The notes beneath the pieces are model-generated. The model had not been told where the DNA came from, ran no database searches, and saw only the letters and a program-made list of their open reading frames with translations. Positions 26,301 through 39,322 of a stretch of DNA of 64,000 nucleotides are shown piece by piece (the first letter of the stretch is position 1; each line of letters opens with the position of its first letter). The DNA is from Marsupella aquatica. Taxonomy: Eukaryota > Plantae > Marchantiophyta. Location of the stretch: assembly GCA_973895155.1 (NCBI GenBank), contig OZ316895.1, positions 17,925,780 through 17,989,779 of the forward strand, in the 5' to 3' direction. A program made the translations under genes and the position numbers.

Positions 26301-27733
26301 GAAGCCAGGGTACGTTTTTATCTGGCTGTGCTGTTCAAGACAGCTGGTTACAACATTGCTCTTATAAAATTTCTGTTCTTTGCTAGGACAGTGATCTAGT
26401 TTCTCGTTTCATGAAAGGTTCTATTGATAAAGTTTCAATGCCTTGGCCCTACCACCTGTGCCAAGCATAGGAAACAATGTGGGTTTCAAGTTGATAGATC
26501 TTTTTAATTACCTTTCCATTGGCCATTAGCCTTTTGGTTTCCGTAACACAGAGTTCTGCTTTACAAGACCAGAGGATCTAGATTCCGTTGATACAACATT
26601 AGATATTGCACCCGTTTTGCTGAATAGATACATCGCAATTAAATAGATGTATATCTCTGGCTAATCTTGGTCTGCAAGGATATCCTTGTGTGCCTTGCAA
26701 TACGTACATTAGTCTACCCCATCAGGATCTGAACCCCGCATCTATAATGGCAGGCAATGCTGTCACTTGCACGTGCAAAAGCAACTGCAGAACTGGTGCA
26801 TGTGAAACAACAAACTGTTGAGCAGGATCTTCGATTACAAGCTGCAGAGCAAGCTGTTTCTCATTTGAAAAAGGTCAGCCTCGAAGTCTGCCTTTTCTTG
26901 TGCCATCCGTGGGCATCACTGAGGCTCAACTTGAACATGCACGTTTGGGACTCTTGCCGCTCATTAAGTTCGAAGAAGGGATTAGCCTTTTCTTATAGTT
27001 GGATGCTTTCTAATAATGCCAGGTACACTTGGAGTGGTGGGGTGAAGCTAGCCGGGTAGAGGTTGCGGGCAGCTTTAATGGTTGGCAGCATAATATTCTC
27101 CTCGAACCAGACTTCTCTTCGGAGATCCCTAAGCCAGATGGGGCAAGGTGGGTTTGCGTCCTTATCTAGTCTCTGTCCATATATACGGCTGACAATGGAA
27201 CAGTAGCTTCCATCAAGGAGATCGAGTTGTTCTTCTTACCAACCTACAACCTACTGTTGTGCTATGCTTCACGAGGTCTAACCAGCACAAGTTTAGGGTT
27301 TATGGAGGTTGCTTTGGATTGTTGGATAACAGTGAATGTTCAGAGTGTCACTTAAGCCATTGGGAGTGAGTACGATACGTGCCGCAGATGATAGTAGAAG
27401 AATTTGGCACTTACTTGGAGTAAGCTACTGGCTGCAGGGGTCCGATGATGTGGGGCACGTATCTCTGCCTTTATCCTGGCGTGTATGAGGTGAGTCAATA
27501 CTTTGCCAGTCTTCATTTGCATTGTTGTCGCGCTCCATTTGGTAGGTTTATTCTCTATCCATGAATTTGGGCAGACGTTTCATCAGTGAAATACAATTCT
27601 CGGATGACTTGGTTACAAAATGTAATTTTTGCCACAGATAAAATTTATTGTAGATGGCAATTGGCAAGTGGATCACAGAAGAGAGGTGGTGATGCGACAC
27701 TCAAACCAAAACAATATCCTGAGAGTGGAGTAG
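23335..27733 (+). CDS. PTST3: PROTEIN TARGETING TO STARCH 3-like, plastid coiled-coil + CBM48 protein, 11 exons
   Basis: GT-AG exons in consistent phase: 23335-23522, 23974-24117, 24734-25191, 25381-25630, 25786-25879, 26047-26112, 26256-26309, 26754-26873, 27023-27147, 27438-27489, 27638-27733. Motifs: VPTTAELATLGRLDLANRVRRKGYK (PTST3-like), a coiled coil, and CBM48 VEVAGSFNGW…LYPGVYEIKFIVDGNW…NNILRVE. Confidence 0.85.
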
Positions 27734-29875
27734 AGTAGTCTTATTTGCATAGTAATTTATTGGGATTCACGGATAGTCGGGCTAGATGTCTGAGCAGGAG
27801 TATTCAACTGTCGAGCATTGAATTTTTGAGAAGCTTATAATGGTGATGAGAAGATGTGCCCAGAACTTTGAAGATAGTCTCACTTTGCAGTATTGACTGG
27901 GTGGTCTGGCCTGTGGTCTACATGAACCTTTGTTATTTTGCGTTGGTTGGTCATAACTCTGCATTTTCGTCATGGATGGGTGACCACAAATTATATCACG
28001 CCTGGGTGTCTGAGGGCGAGAATGTTGCTATCGCTTGCGTGTGACCACAAGGTTCTGGCTCAGTTACTGATTGGACTACGAAACGTAGGGTGATTATTCT
28101 GACATCAAAATAATCACCAAATTCAAAAGTGCTGCGTATTGTTTTTCCGTAAAAGAGGGTTACCTATGTCCTTTATATTAATGAGACTGGATTAAGCTTA
28201 CATAATGTGAATTTCTTTTGCCTGAAACCCATCCCCAGAAATTGGGAGTACCACACTTTTCAAAAGGAAAACAGAACAAGAATGTTTTTGCTAGCCACAA
28301 GAAAGTATTGTTTGCTCCCTTGCTAACAAAAATAATTATGGTCTATAAATTTAATTTATCAATTCTGCTGACTATCTAGCCAACCATAAATGGCTCCCTT
28401 GCTAACAATAATAACCATAATCATACTCTCAATAAACTCAAATTTGTTATAATATAAGTATTATCAGATTATTCAAATTAACCTAACCTTGGTTAAGATC
28501 AGGCTACACATGTACCATAATACAAACTAATGGATGAAGAAGTTGTTGAAATTGCATTAGTGTGGTCTACATTTCATCCAAGGTATTGATAATGGTGTCT
28601 TTGAACTCCAACAAAATTGTATATTGGAGTTTGTCATCTTTTGCAATCTATCTTGCTAACCATAAATGACCTGGTTTCATGAGACAAAAAACCTATTTCG
28701 GGTAAACATTTACTTTTCTTTTTTGCACTTTGTTAAATATCTACACACAATAAATGATCCCGCTCTTTTGTAGCATAGTATGCTTACAAAATAGAATTGG
28801 CAAGAATTAATCCCAATCATTAGATTTAAAGGATTTGTTTTTGTGACCCTGGATTGTGAAGAATAGATACTCTGGATACTATCCCCTTTCATATCCCCTT
28901 TCATTTCTTTTCTTATCCACTTTAATATCCCCTTTCATTTCTTTTCTGTAGGATACCTTTTTCACATTGTGTCTTTTGTGTGCCTTTTGTTCCCTTTAAT
29001 TCCCTTTTCATACTTTGCTTTCTAATTTGTCTTTTGTGTGTCTCTTTTCCCTTTTGTTCAAAACTAATTAATTAGTCATTATTTGTGGTATTATTCATTG
29101 ACCACTCCACGTCAAGACTGGAGTGCAAATTTTCTAGTATACATTTTCATCAATGTTTTGTTTTTTTGTGGGGTGACATCTTTTATAAAAACAATTGAAC
29201 TTTTTATTCATTTTTTCATGATTAAAGTTTAAAGATAGAAATTAAATCCCATCCTAAACCATATTTTTGCATATTTTTGTGCAAGTAGACCCTCTAAAGT
29301 TTTGCTAAAATAGATATTTGTGTTTCCTTGGTTGGGTCATACCATCTTTGAGGCAATGACATCTTTTATGCAACCACTTATTTTTCACAACATCTTTTAT
29401 GAAATGACATCTTATGTGCAACGCATGGGTGCTGAACATAACCACAATGACTGTATGGCCGGGATGATTGATACATAACATGTCTCAACAACTACCTCAT
29501 GAATCTTTCATTTTCTTGTCTCGCCTTAACATATTTTCTCATTTTGACATATTTTTCTCTCCCCAACATCTTTTCATCACCTTGACATTTTGTTCTCATC
29601 TCAACATCTTTTCTCTCCTCCACATTGTTTTCTCTCCATGACATCTTTTCCTCATGTCATGATCATTTTCTCACATTGACATTTTTTCTCACCTCAATGT
29701 CTTTCCTCGACTTGACATCTTTTTCTCACCTTGACATTTCTGTGCAATGCATGAGCATGGTACTATCTCACTATGGTACGACAATGAGATAAAGTTCAAT
29801 CTTGAGGTTCTAATTGTGCAATTTATTATCGTAAATGAGCATTTTGAGCAATGGACATTTTCTAAGCGAGAGCTC

Positions 29876-30172
29876 TGTAGGAAAACCGTCAGCTCCAGAC
29901 TAGACAGCAATGCGGAACATGAGAGCACTCAATCTCACACTACACCAACAAGACACCACGATCATGGAAAAACTCCTGAAGGATCCATAGCTCATGAGAT
30001 TGAACGTGTGAAGAATGAGGGAGAGAATGCTCTCCCTCCAACCTATACCCCCCAAGGGGAACTAAGATGTGTGGGCCTAAATAAGTGGATCTTATCCTAA
30101 ACTAACCAAGGGTCAATTAACCCTAGTAAGGCCAAACTAACTATAGTCGGGAACTCGAGTCAATTCCTAACA
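29876..30172 (-). repeat. Copia 3' LTR (297 bp)
   Basis: TG…CA ends, adjacent PPT, and homology to the solo LTR at 21137-21432. Confidence 0.9.
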
Positions 30173-30226
30173 ATCTCCACCTTGACTCTAGTTCACACAA
30201 TGAGTTAGGTGATATACAATATGTAA

Positions 30227-30748
30227 CTAATTAACATATCTACTAGTCTCCGGTTTGGCCCTAACATTAATTATATCCACACAATGACTAAAGTTACTGG
30301 TAGGTGAAACTTTGGTAAGCATGTCTGCTACATTCTCCTCTGAAGCCACCTTCTCCAAAAACATCTGCTTCGTCTCAATCACCTCACGGATGAAGTGATA
30401 ATGAATATCAATGTGCTTTGTCCTAGCGTGGAACACAGGGTTCTTAGCCAAATGCAAAGAACTTTGACTATCACACAACAACACCGATCTTTCAGGTGAA
30501 ACACCTAAATCACTCACCAATCTCCGTAGCCAGATCAGCTCCTTGGTTGCCTCTCAGTCAGCCATGTACTCAGCCTCAGTAGTAGACAACGCAACACAGG
30601 ATTGAGTTGCTGACTTCCAGTTGATACAACCTCCACCCAGCATAAACACATAGCCTGTAGTAGACTCCCTGTTATCCAAGTTACCAGCATAATCTGAATC
30701 TACAAAACCTTCCAACTCTAATGTAGAGTCTGCTTTACCGTCAAATAG
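30227..30748 (-). pseudogene. Copia RNase H
   Basis: GFVDSDYAGNLDNRESTTGYVF, ALSTTEAEY, HARTKHIDIHYHFIRE, ADMLTK. Frameshift near 30555. Confidence 0.92.
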
Positions 30749-30789
30749 AATCATCAGCCTATTCATTAAAAGTGTATTATTATTTGATT

Positions 30790-31112
30790 TATGTACATTT
30801 GGGCAATGAAAAGTGTACTTTTGGGCTTGAAAAAGTGTACATTTGGCCAATGAAAAGTGTACATTTGGGGATAGAAAAGTGTACAATTGGCCTAAAGAGT
30901 GTACATTTGGGCAATGAAAAGTGTATATTTGAACATCAAAATAGGTACATTTGGCTTTAAAAGTGTACATTTGAGTACATTTGGCCTAGAAAGTGTACAT
31001 TTGAGTGAAAAAAACATACATTTGGCTTAAAAAGTGTACATTTAAGTGCATTTGGTCTAGAAAGTGTAGCTTTGAGTGCAACAAAGTGTACATTTGGCCT
31101 AAAAAGTGTACC
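30790..31112. repeat. Left subterminal repeat array AAAGTGTACATTTGG (about 13 copies)
   Basis: Quasi-palindromic motif repeated every 20-24 bp next to the left TIR. Confidence 0.9.
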
Positions 31113-31358
31113 AACTCTTATTATAATCATTTAAAAGAAAGGAATGAATAGAAAAATCTTTTTAATTATGCAAAAAAAGCAAACATTCATATTCATAACA
31201 ATCAAAAGTTTAGAAAATGAGGAGATAGTATAACTAACACTCAATGGCATGGTCTCACATTAAAACTATTAAAATAGTAAATAACTAGTAGGTACTTGTT
31301 ACTATCTAAGTAACTATCTATTTAATAATTATTATAGCTTCACAAGTAACAACTAAGT

Positions 31359-34300
31359 CTACTTGTCCATCCTTTGGAGATAACTTTGGATAGTTTGTAG
31401 AACATTTCGAGGAATCTTCAAACCTCTGCCCGCCATGTTTTCTTCTTTCATGCCAGATTTAAAACCATACATTGCAGAATTTGCATACTGCCAATGTTGA
31501 GCGTTCTCACCAAACCCTGGATCTCGCTCCCATGTCTTAGTGGACATGAAGCAGTTTAGATACCGTGCACTCTCAGTCACATCAAGTTTAGAGTGTTTAG
31601 GCCTCCACCATTCGACTGGAAACATTGGAGCATATTGTTGAGGCAGAGGAGGGTTTGTTGGAGATGTAGTTGGGACTTCATGCTTAGGGTCAACCGAACC
31701 CAAAGCTCTCACCAACCAGAAATGACCTCCACCATTTTTATTCTCCCAGTCATCCTCTGGTCGAAGAAATACAAAGTTCCCTTGACAAATATCCTGTAGG
31801 GGAATCCACCGTCCTTGTTCTCTCTCAGCTCGAGATCCAACAAATGGTGCCGCTTGATCTTCCATCTCTTCCAAGACCTCATTTTGAAGAGCCGTCATCT
31901 CCGCATTCTCCTCATCTTCACTTGGAGGACCACTTTGATCCGGTTGGTTGACCTTGTAACCAGTGCCATGGTTAGTCTTAGGCCAAAATCCATTTTTCAA
32001 GGGAAATTGAGTACTTCCCTCCCCTTCTAGTGCAAGCCCATTTGTCAACAACTCCACAATTCTCTCCCAATATTTCACAAGAGGAAATCTTTCCTTATAT
32101 GCTATAGATGTCTCATCAGTGCAACTCCTTCTCAAAAAATCAAGGTACTTGGTAAGAAATGGGATAATCTCTTCAGATTTTTTGTGTATCTCTCCAATGG
32201 ATTTAGCTAAGGGCTCTCCACTAGGTAAAAGAAGGGAATTTGTTGTCAGATCTGTTGCCCAAATGCACCTTCCACCAACTGGAGCCCAAGCTTGCTTTAC
32301 ATGGGACTTATACTGAAATATTGGTACATTATCTCTCATAGAGAAAAGAAATGATACAGGTTTTGAGTGACCTTGAATATCTTTAACGTTGAAAGTTTGA
32401 AGATATTCTTTGTAAGATGCAACTTCTTGTATCAATCTGGGAACTGGATGAATGCTCTCACATTCCCAAACCTCTGCCATAAGAGCAAGGAGAGTTGCAA
32501 CTTCCTTGTGCTGAACTTGATATGATACCTTCGAAAAGAGTGCATCAACATCTTCGTGCGTATGACCAACCATAAGAAAAGACATTTGAACAGTTTCAAA
32601 TACTCCTCTACTCACAAGCTCACTACAAAATGCCATGATAGTCTGGTTTTTGTTATCCTTTGCTGAGTTATCCATTTGCAATGTTAGGTGCCTTGGCAAG
32701 GGCTTGAAAGATGGACTGCCTTGTTCCCCATGCATGTCCCCTCCTTGATCCTCACCAAGTTGGGTGGAGACCGTCTCCGTCTGACTCTCGGCTGCATCTT
32801 CAGAACCAATATACCTATTCATTGGAATACTCTTTGGTTCCAAATATCCCTTAAAAAATGCATCAAAGTCAAGAAGGGCTTGAAAGAAAGGTCTATGAGG
32901 TTCCAAATAAAGGCCATCCAACATGTCACCTGTCTTGTCTCCATTGTACTCTTCAAGGTCTCGAAGACACTTAGCCAAGGATGTCACCGTGAAATTGGCA
33001 TCTCCTGGCCAAAGGCCAGTGACACTAAAGTGTGCATAGACTCCTGGATCCCTTCTGTGGGTCAACATCCCTGTCAGAGCAATAGGTAGCGGCATCCCAT
33101 GACCCGAAAGCGATTTAGGAGTACTGACCATTTTTGGAATCCACGTCTTTGCTTGATCCATCTTGTCGTGAATGATGCAAAGATATTCCCCTGGATGTTG
33201 CTTAGCCATCACTCGATGAGCATAGTAAACATATCTACGTGACATTTGCTCACGAAGATGTTGCGCTCGTTTTTCTTCAATTTCAGCACGTTCTTTTTTC
33301 CTTCTTTCTCGCATCAAACTATCTTTGTATTCACAACAAAGAGTACACTTGGCAAATGCACCATCTTTATGGAAACTGAAGTTTGCGAATGATTTGCTCC
33401 AAATCTTGTACAGAGTATTCTCTGTAACTGGAGGAAGCCCCTCTTCCTTCATCTTTGTTCTCACATCTTCCAAAATCTCCAGCTTCTTGTAACATGCTGG
33501 AAGACGATATTCAGTGGAGTCTGTCCCATGAGCCCCAGCATAAGGTATATGAGGCATGGGCTCTGCATTTCGAGTCAAAAAATCCTCCAACAGAGCTCGT
33601 GCATGCAAGGTATTTGACCTTGTTTTCATGGAGCCCGTGTTTCCATGGAACCCAATTTTGCAGCCCTCCACATATCTCCTTTTGTAGTCATAATATTTTG
33701 TGTGGCTAAAGCCATGGATGATTGCAAATGCATGTCTACATACGACCATACCCTTGAGAACATGGTGCCCCTTATCACGAACATCATCTTCTCTGTAGTG
33801 GAAGAGGTTGAAAATGTGTGATGTTTTTGACTCACTAGACATCCCGTGAAATTCTATCCGAATATCTTCTATGTCTTCTCTTGGCATAGTCAGACAACAT
33901 TTCTGCTTGCAACAATTCTCTCTTTTAATTTCATCAATCGAAGCTTCCGTTGTTTTTGAAACTGCCTTGGTTTCCAATAGCCTTCTCTTCTTTTCAATCG
34001 GATCTACATGAGTCCTCTTGTTGAAATTGTATGGCCTTGTGCGCAGCATTCCCCTATCATTTACATTTGGATAGAGATCATCCCTATCCACCGACTCCAT
34101 CCTCTCTGAACCTTCAACCAAAATGTCCGACAAAAATTTCCCATTTGCAAGTAGTTTTGTTGAATCAATTCGCCACCGAACCAAAGTAATTACTCCCCTA
34201 TGGAAGTTGGGAAAGTATTGTGATTCCACCACATCTTTCACAGCAATCCCTACATGGTCCTCACCAAGCATTTCATCGTCAACCGCCGCCGTTTCTTGAG

Positions 34301-35102
34301 GCACAGTGATGGTCCCCGTGGCAACCCTATTGGTTCGATCTGAACCGATGTATAGTTCGACCAACTCTGACATCCAATTTGACCATTGGAAATAGTCACA
34401 ATTAGTTTTAGAAATTTCAACTGAGGGAGACTCCACAACAAAACTCCGCTCTATGTTGATATCATCACCCGCATCCTTCTTTGAGAAACTCTTTCTACTT
34501 CGGACATCTGCCACGTCCCAGAGAACCCATGAGTCTTTTGCCTCGTCAATTGTTTCAGCCCCACTGTGTTTGTAAGGTAAAACCCTACTCCCATGAATGA
34601 CATCAGTGACCCTCACACTGATCCGTGATTCACCAAGTAAAATGTTGTGACATCTTTCCATTGGATTTGTATTGAAAACAACTCCAAGGGCTACACAACA
34701 CCCAAAGATGAACATTTCAACCTCATCCCCTTGCCTCGGAGTGGTCGATGAGTCCTCCTCTACAATTGGATTTTTCTCCAAATTACTCTCGGGTCTATTT
34801 GAACAACTACCTACACTAATGCGTTTTTGAGAATTTGTTGTCGTGGATAGATATGCGCAAGACAAATCCCAAATAACGCAAGAATCAATGGCATCAAAAA
34901 GGTTTTCTGCCCGAGGCATCGGAAATGGTAGTTTTGTGGTTCGGTCAAAAACTTTCTCAATGAGAACTCCCATTCGATTCTCTCTCAACAATATCTTTTG
35001 AACACTATCTTGCGGGTTGACTTTTTGAACTGTCCCGCTCGCAACATCGTAACCATCATTTGTCAATATCACATTGTCTCCTCTCAAAAATATTCCGGTC
35101 AT
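31359..35102 (-). CDS. Transposase, Sola-like/DUF7869-type DDD family, 1247 aa, intact
   Basis: Candidate catalytic motifs IIHDKMDQAK, LQMDNSAKDNKN and FLMVGHTHEDVDALFS. Cys/His clusters (CCKQKCC, VCRHAF…HG, AKCTLC). Three N-terminal repeats of VA.GTV…LGE…V.V..V…W resembling TNP1/En/Spm (Transposase_23) domains. Confidence 0.85.
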   Translation of the reverse strand: MTGIFLRGDNVILTNDGYDVASGTVQKVNPQDSVQKILLRENRMGVLIEKVFDRTTKLPFPMPRAENLFDAIDSCVIWDLSCAYLSTTTNSQKRISVGSCSNRPESNLEKNPIVEEDSSTTPRQGDEVEMFIFGCCVALGVVFNTNPMERCHNILLGESRISVRVTDVIHGSRVLPYKHSGAETIDEAKDSWVLWDVADVRSRKSFSKKDAGDDINIERSFVVESPSVEISKTNCDYFQWSNWMSELVELYIGSDRTNRVATGTITVPQETAAVDDEMLGEDHVGIAVKDVVESQYFPNFHRGVITLVRWRIDSTKLLANGKFLSDILVEGSERMESVDRDDLYPNVNDRGMLRTRPYNFNKRTHVDPIEKKRRLLETKAVSKTTEASIDEIKRENCCKQKCCLTMPREDIEDIRIEFHGMSSESKTSHIFNLFHYREDDVRDKGHHVLKGMVVCRHAFAIIHGFSHTKYYDYKRRYVEGCKIGFHGNTGSMKTRSNTLHARALLEDFLTRNAEPMPHIPYAGAHGTDSTEYRLPACYKKLEILEDVRTKMKEEGLPPVTENTLYKIWSKSFANFSFHKDGAFAKCTLCCEYKDSLMRERRKKERAEIEEKRAQHLREQMSRRYVYYAHRVMAKQHPGEYLCIIHDKMDQAKTWIPKMVSTPKSLSGHGMPLPIALTGMLTHRRDPGVYAHFSVTGLWPGDANFTVTSLAKCLRDLEEYNGDKTGDMLDGLYLEPHRPFFQALLDFDAFFKGYLEPKSIPMNRYIGSEDAAESQTETVSTQLGEDQGGDMHGEQGSPSFKPLPRHLTLQMDNSAKDNKNQTIMAFCSELVSRGVFETVQMSFLMVGHTHEDVDALFSKVSYQVQHKEVATLLALMAEVWECESIHPVPRLIQEVASYKEYLQTFNVKDIQGHSKPVSFLFSMRDNVPIFQYKSHVKQAWAPVGGRCIWATDLTTNSLLLPSGEPLAKSIGEIHKKSEEIIPFLTKYLDFLRRSCTDETSIAYKERFPLVKYWERIVELLTNGLALEGEGSTQFPLKNGFWPKTNHGTGYKVNQPDQSGPPSEDEENAEMTALQNEVLEEMEDQAAPFVGSRAEREQGRWIPLQDICQGNFVFLRPEDDWENKNGGGHFWLVRALGSVDPKHEVPTTSPTNPPLPQQYAPMFPVEWWRPKHSKLDVTESARYLNCFMSTKTWERDPGFGENAQHWQYANSAMYGFKSGMKEENMAGRGLKIPRNVLQTIQSYLQRMDK

Positions 35103-35289
35103 TCCTATAACGTATTCACCTGCACAATTTTAAATGTAAAGTATTAGTTAAGAATGGTCCCAACTAGGAAGCACATAGGTGTCAACCCTCTCCAAGGACA
35201 GTGCGCATATCGGGATATCCCCATCAAGCAAAATAATAGGTCCCCAAAAAGTCCCTATCTAGCCCTAAGATCCCTGATCCCAATTTAGA

Positions 35290-35902
35290 CGTCAGATAGG
35301 GATGATCCCTGTCCAAACGACGGATAGGGTGTCTGTCAGTGTCCAAACGGCGAACAAGGATCATCCCTGCCTAAACGGCGGATAGTGTCTGTCACTGTCC
35401 AAAAGGCGGACACGCCTGATCCCTGTCCAAATGGTGGATCGGGTCTATTCCCTGTCCAAACAACTGACAGGGATGATTCAAGGAAACTTTTCATATTGGG
35501 GTCCAATCAAGCAAATACCTCAAACGGCGGACAGGGATCATCCGGAGAACGACCGCGGACACGGATCCCTATTGAAAGGGTAGACAGGGATCATCCCTAT
35601 CAAAACGGCGGACAGGGACCATCCCTATCCAAATGGCGGACAGGGATCATCCCCATCCAAACAGCGAATATGGATCATTATCCAACCAGAGGATCCAAAC
35701 GGCGAATACGGATCATTATCCAACCAGAGGATCCAAACTGTAGAGGATCCAATAAAGTGCTATAGTTCATATGGTCCTCTACAGTACTCTACGGTGGACA
35801 GGGATCATCCCTATCCAAATATTGGACAGGGATCATCCCTATCCAAACAGCAGATAGAGATGATCCCTATCCAAATAGCAAACAGGGATGACCCCTGTAC
35901 GG
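35290..35902. repeat. Array of palindromic GGACAGGGAT(C/G)ATCCCT(G/A)TCC repeats
   Basis: About 13 copies of varying completeness, many spaced 28-29 bp apart, upstream of the transposase. Confidence 0.85.
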
Positions 35903-37009
35903 ACAATTGACTCTACACACGAATTTAATGTTTGAGAAAAGAACGGTTGGATTGAGATTATCCCAATCGTGAGTTGGGCTGGGATTTTTTCACTTCAACC
36001 TTAACTTAGATATAGTAATTCCTAAATTTGCGGATATCAATGGAATATGCTACAATTCTATAATTAGGTTTAAAGTTACCTGTAATGGAAATGATTCTTG
36101 AACCCAAAACTCAATTTAGTTTATGTTGTCAAACCAAGGATTAAAATACTGTGTTGAAGGGGTAGTTATCAGTAACCTGGTAAACTAAATGCTTCAGGGG
36201 TGTGGAAGAAATTAAAACTAGATGTTCTGTCTGGAAAACAAGAGTGTCTCAATGGGGCTCCGTAATGAACGGACCTGGTTGAGGAACAGAACAAAAATCT
36301 AGAAATGAAAATACCAAATGAGGACCAGCCGGACAACCCCAAGTATCTTATACCAGTTGTTGAAGATCGCCCTTATGGATAAGGCGATGCGTGATCAGCC
36401 TTAAGCAACGGCGAGTGGATTAGGTCGGGCGACGCACTTTAGGGCAGCCGTGCATTTAGGGTTTTCCACTCGCCTCGGCCTCCCACGTGTTTAGTGTGCC
36501 TTGCCTCGCCTCGGGGGGGGGTAAAGGAGGCAGGAGGTCCCACTTGGGCCTCATTCTTCATTCCCTCCTCGCTCCTCGCTCGCTCTCCTCCTTGCTCGCT
36601 CTCCTCCTCGCTCGCTCTCCTCTCTCCTCTCTCCTCCGTCCGCTCCTCCTCTTCTCCACTCCTGCTCTTGCGCTCCTTTGCTCGCTCCTCCGCCTCATTA
36701 TCTTCCAATCTCCTTCACTCCGACGCCTTTGCACTCCTTCGCTTTGCCTCCGCACTAAAGTTTATCCCCATAGCCGCCACGTTAATTGCCCTAGATCTAA
36801 CGCTCTGCAATCCTCCACGTGTCCATAAGGCCACGTGTCACACGATGGAGCCATCCAGACCTATTCCAGTGTGTCTCATCAGTGAGCCAACAGAGGAGAC
36901 AGACCTCTCATCCATTGAGGACATGGTGGAGACGGCCCTCGAGGATTCCAGAGCCTTTCAATCGCTCAATCCAAGTGAGTATCCCAGTAACAAGTTGAAT
37001 ATTTGTGTG

Positions 37010-37412
37010 GTGGACAGAGATGATCCCTGTCCAAGTAGAGTCCAAATAGAAGATAGTCATCTTTATTAGGAATTGGACAGAGATGATCCCTGTCCAAGTA
37101 GAGTCCAAATAGAAGATAGTCATCTTTATTAGGAATTGGACAGAGATGATCTCTATCCAAATGGATGGAGATCATCCCTGTCCAATTGCATAGATATCAT
37201 TTATTTCCAAACTGACGATAGAGGATGTCCTATCAGACGATGCTGAGGACCTTTATTAGGAATTGGATAGAGATGATCCCTGTCCAAGTAGAGGATAGAG
37301 ATGATAATAACGATCGTCAGTATCCTCTCATCGAACAGAGATGATCTTTATTACAAATTGGACAGAGATCATCGCTGTCCAAATAGAGGATAGAGATGAT
37401 CCCTGTCCAATT
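37010..37412. repeat. Second array of the same palindromic repeat (intron 1 of the ParB-MTase gene)
   Basis: GGACAGAGATGATCCCTGTCCAA variants, about 8 copies, including a 63-bp tandem unit. Confidence 0.85.
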
Positions 37413-39127
37413 TTTGTCAATTACAAAAGTAAGATTTCCAAACTAATATGCCTGGATGGGACTATTGCAGGGAGCTATCTAAATGCATTGAAACCACAGA
37501 TTTCAGACGCAGATTGCTCCGAGGGAGTCTTGTTGGAGCAGAGCAGAGAAGATTTTCGTTGGGGCCTTGAGTTCTCCAGAGTTGATTTTGATTTCCTTAG
37601 CACGTCAACGAGACGGGATCCCATTTTGTGCATAAAGGTCAGAACTGCAGATCAGGAGACTCTTGTACTCGGACCTGTAGTCTTCATTGGAATTGAAGGA
37701 AGAGGGTTTGTTTCCGTCATTTCTTGAGCTCCATGAAAGGATACGATGGGTTAAACTACATCTACCATCAAAGGCGTATTCTTCAGAATTCAATGTTGAG
37801 TGGTCTGCAGCTGGAGAACTTGGCTTGTTGGCAATGGGCTTTTTCCCTAAGTTGTATTCAACTCAAAAGGTGACTCTTGGAGTGAAGGGGATTCTTCCAC
37901 TTGACATCATGTATGGGTTTCAATATGTGAAGCTTAATATGCATAAACACCAAGGGAATTATACATTTCCGGTGACATGGATTTTAAATAATTTGCTTGA
38001 CAAGGCAGGATTCCTATCATCGGAATCAGGTGTTTTCCTTGACAAGAAAATTATATTTGCGGAGGAGTTTGCAATGGATAATGCAAAAAAGTGGGTAGAA
38101 TCATTAGCCAAGCCTACAAGTGTTGCACCAGTAGTGGTGAACAAGCCTCCAGTAGTTGTTAACAAAGAAGTTCCGAAGCCTAGAAAAATATCTCAGGAGA
38201 CAACAACCGGGACTGCAGGAACAACGGTCGGGACAGCCTCCAAACAAGTGGTAGGGAAGCAAAGACAAAGAGAGAAGAAGGAGCGCAAGAAAACTGAGAC
38301 ACAGCCGAAGGAACCCGAGAAGAAGCCAGTAAAGAAGAAACATAAAACTGACAAGACTATTGCGCGGTCAACTCCGACGGACGTACAGATGCTCCCAGAG
38401 GATGAGGGAGACAAACTTGATGCCCCGGAGGAGAAGAAGGTCTTAGAAGGGAATGATGTTCTCCAAAGAATAGAGCAGTACTATACTTTTGGGATAAATG
38501 AAATATTTTCTATTCCAGTGGAGAAAATTTATCCAGCTCCGGCAAGGTTATGTTACAGGATGCTCAACAGTGCCCATGTGAAGCACATAGCCGAATCCAT
38601 GGTGAAAAACCCTGGACATGAACCTCACGTTGCGGACCTTCTTCCTTACAATCCAAAACTTAGAAAGCTGCTTCATTTTGACAGCACGGAGAACGACCGC
38701 AAAGACCTTCTTGCAGGAGTGAAGAAAGGCGAGATTGTTTTCCTTGCCGTCAGTGGGCAACATTCTGCTAGGGCGGCCAAATGGGTTCTTGAGTGGGCCG
38801 AAACTGATGCCAAGCTCACAGTTTTGGCAAAAAAGTTAAAATATAGGAAGGCTAGATTATTGTCAGACCTTACGCCATCGGCTATACTGGTTGAGCACTC
38901 AATGAGATCAAATGCCATCAATTCTTCGATGGTGTTTCAATCGTGCTTCAAAGATACAATTGTTCATGCAAGAAAACAATTCCTTGAAACTGGAAGACCA
39001 AGAAAGCCAAAGCACGGGGACAACAAATCAAACGCCCAAGAGAGTCAAAAATTTCAGGTGAGAAACATTTTTCTTGTCTCTGTCCAAGAGTGTGACCGTC
39101 CATTACATTGATTTTAGTTCAATATGT

Positions 39128-39322
39128 TTTTGGTTATGACTTGGATGGAGATGGTCTCTGTCCAAGAGTGAGACCTTCTATTCTGTAGATTTTACTTCAT
39201 TCTACTTTTGGTTATGGCTTGGATGGAGATGGTCTCTGTCCAAGAGTGAGACCTTCCATTCTGTAGATTTTACTTCATTCTACTTTTGGTTATGGCTTGG
39301 ACGGAGATGGTCTCTGTCCAAG
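39128..39322. repeat. 78-bp tandem repeat (about 3 copies) in an intron, each containing the palindrome variant TTGGA(T/C)GGAGATGGTCTCTGTCCAA
   Basis: Copies at about 39141, 39219 and 39297, inside the GT-AG intron 39058-39395. Confidence 0.85.

Noticed and set aside
30772-30970. ORFs with repeated CTF/VHL peptides (also 43275-43460)
   Set aside because: They are translations of the subterminal DNA repeats, not proteins.
35290-35902. Palindromic repeats as a CRISPR array
   Set aside because: Spacers are only about 6-8 bp and similar to each other, the repeats are degenerate, there are no cas genes, and the context is eukaryotic.
36439-36828. Overlapping ORFs in the CT-rich tract
   Set aside because: This is a pyrimidine-rich 5' leader / divergent promoter region, and the translations are low-complexity. 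Only the part from ATG 36845 joins a spliced gene.
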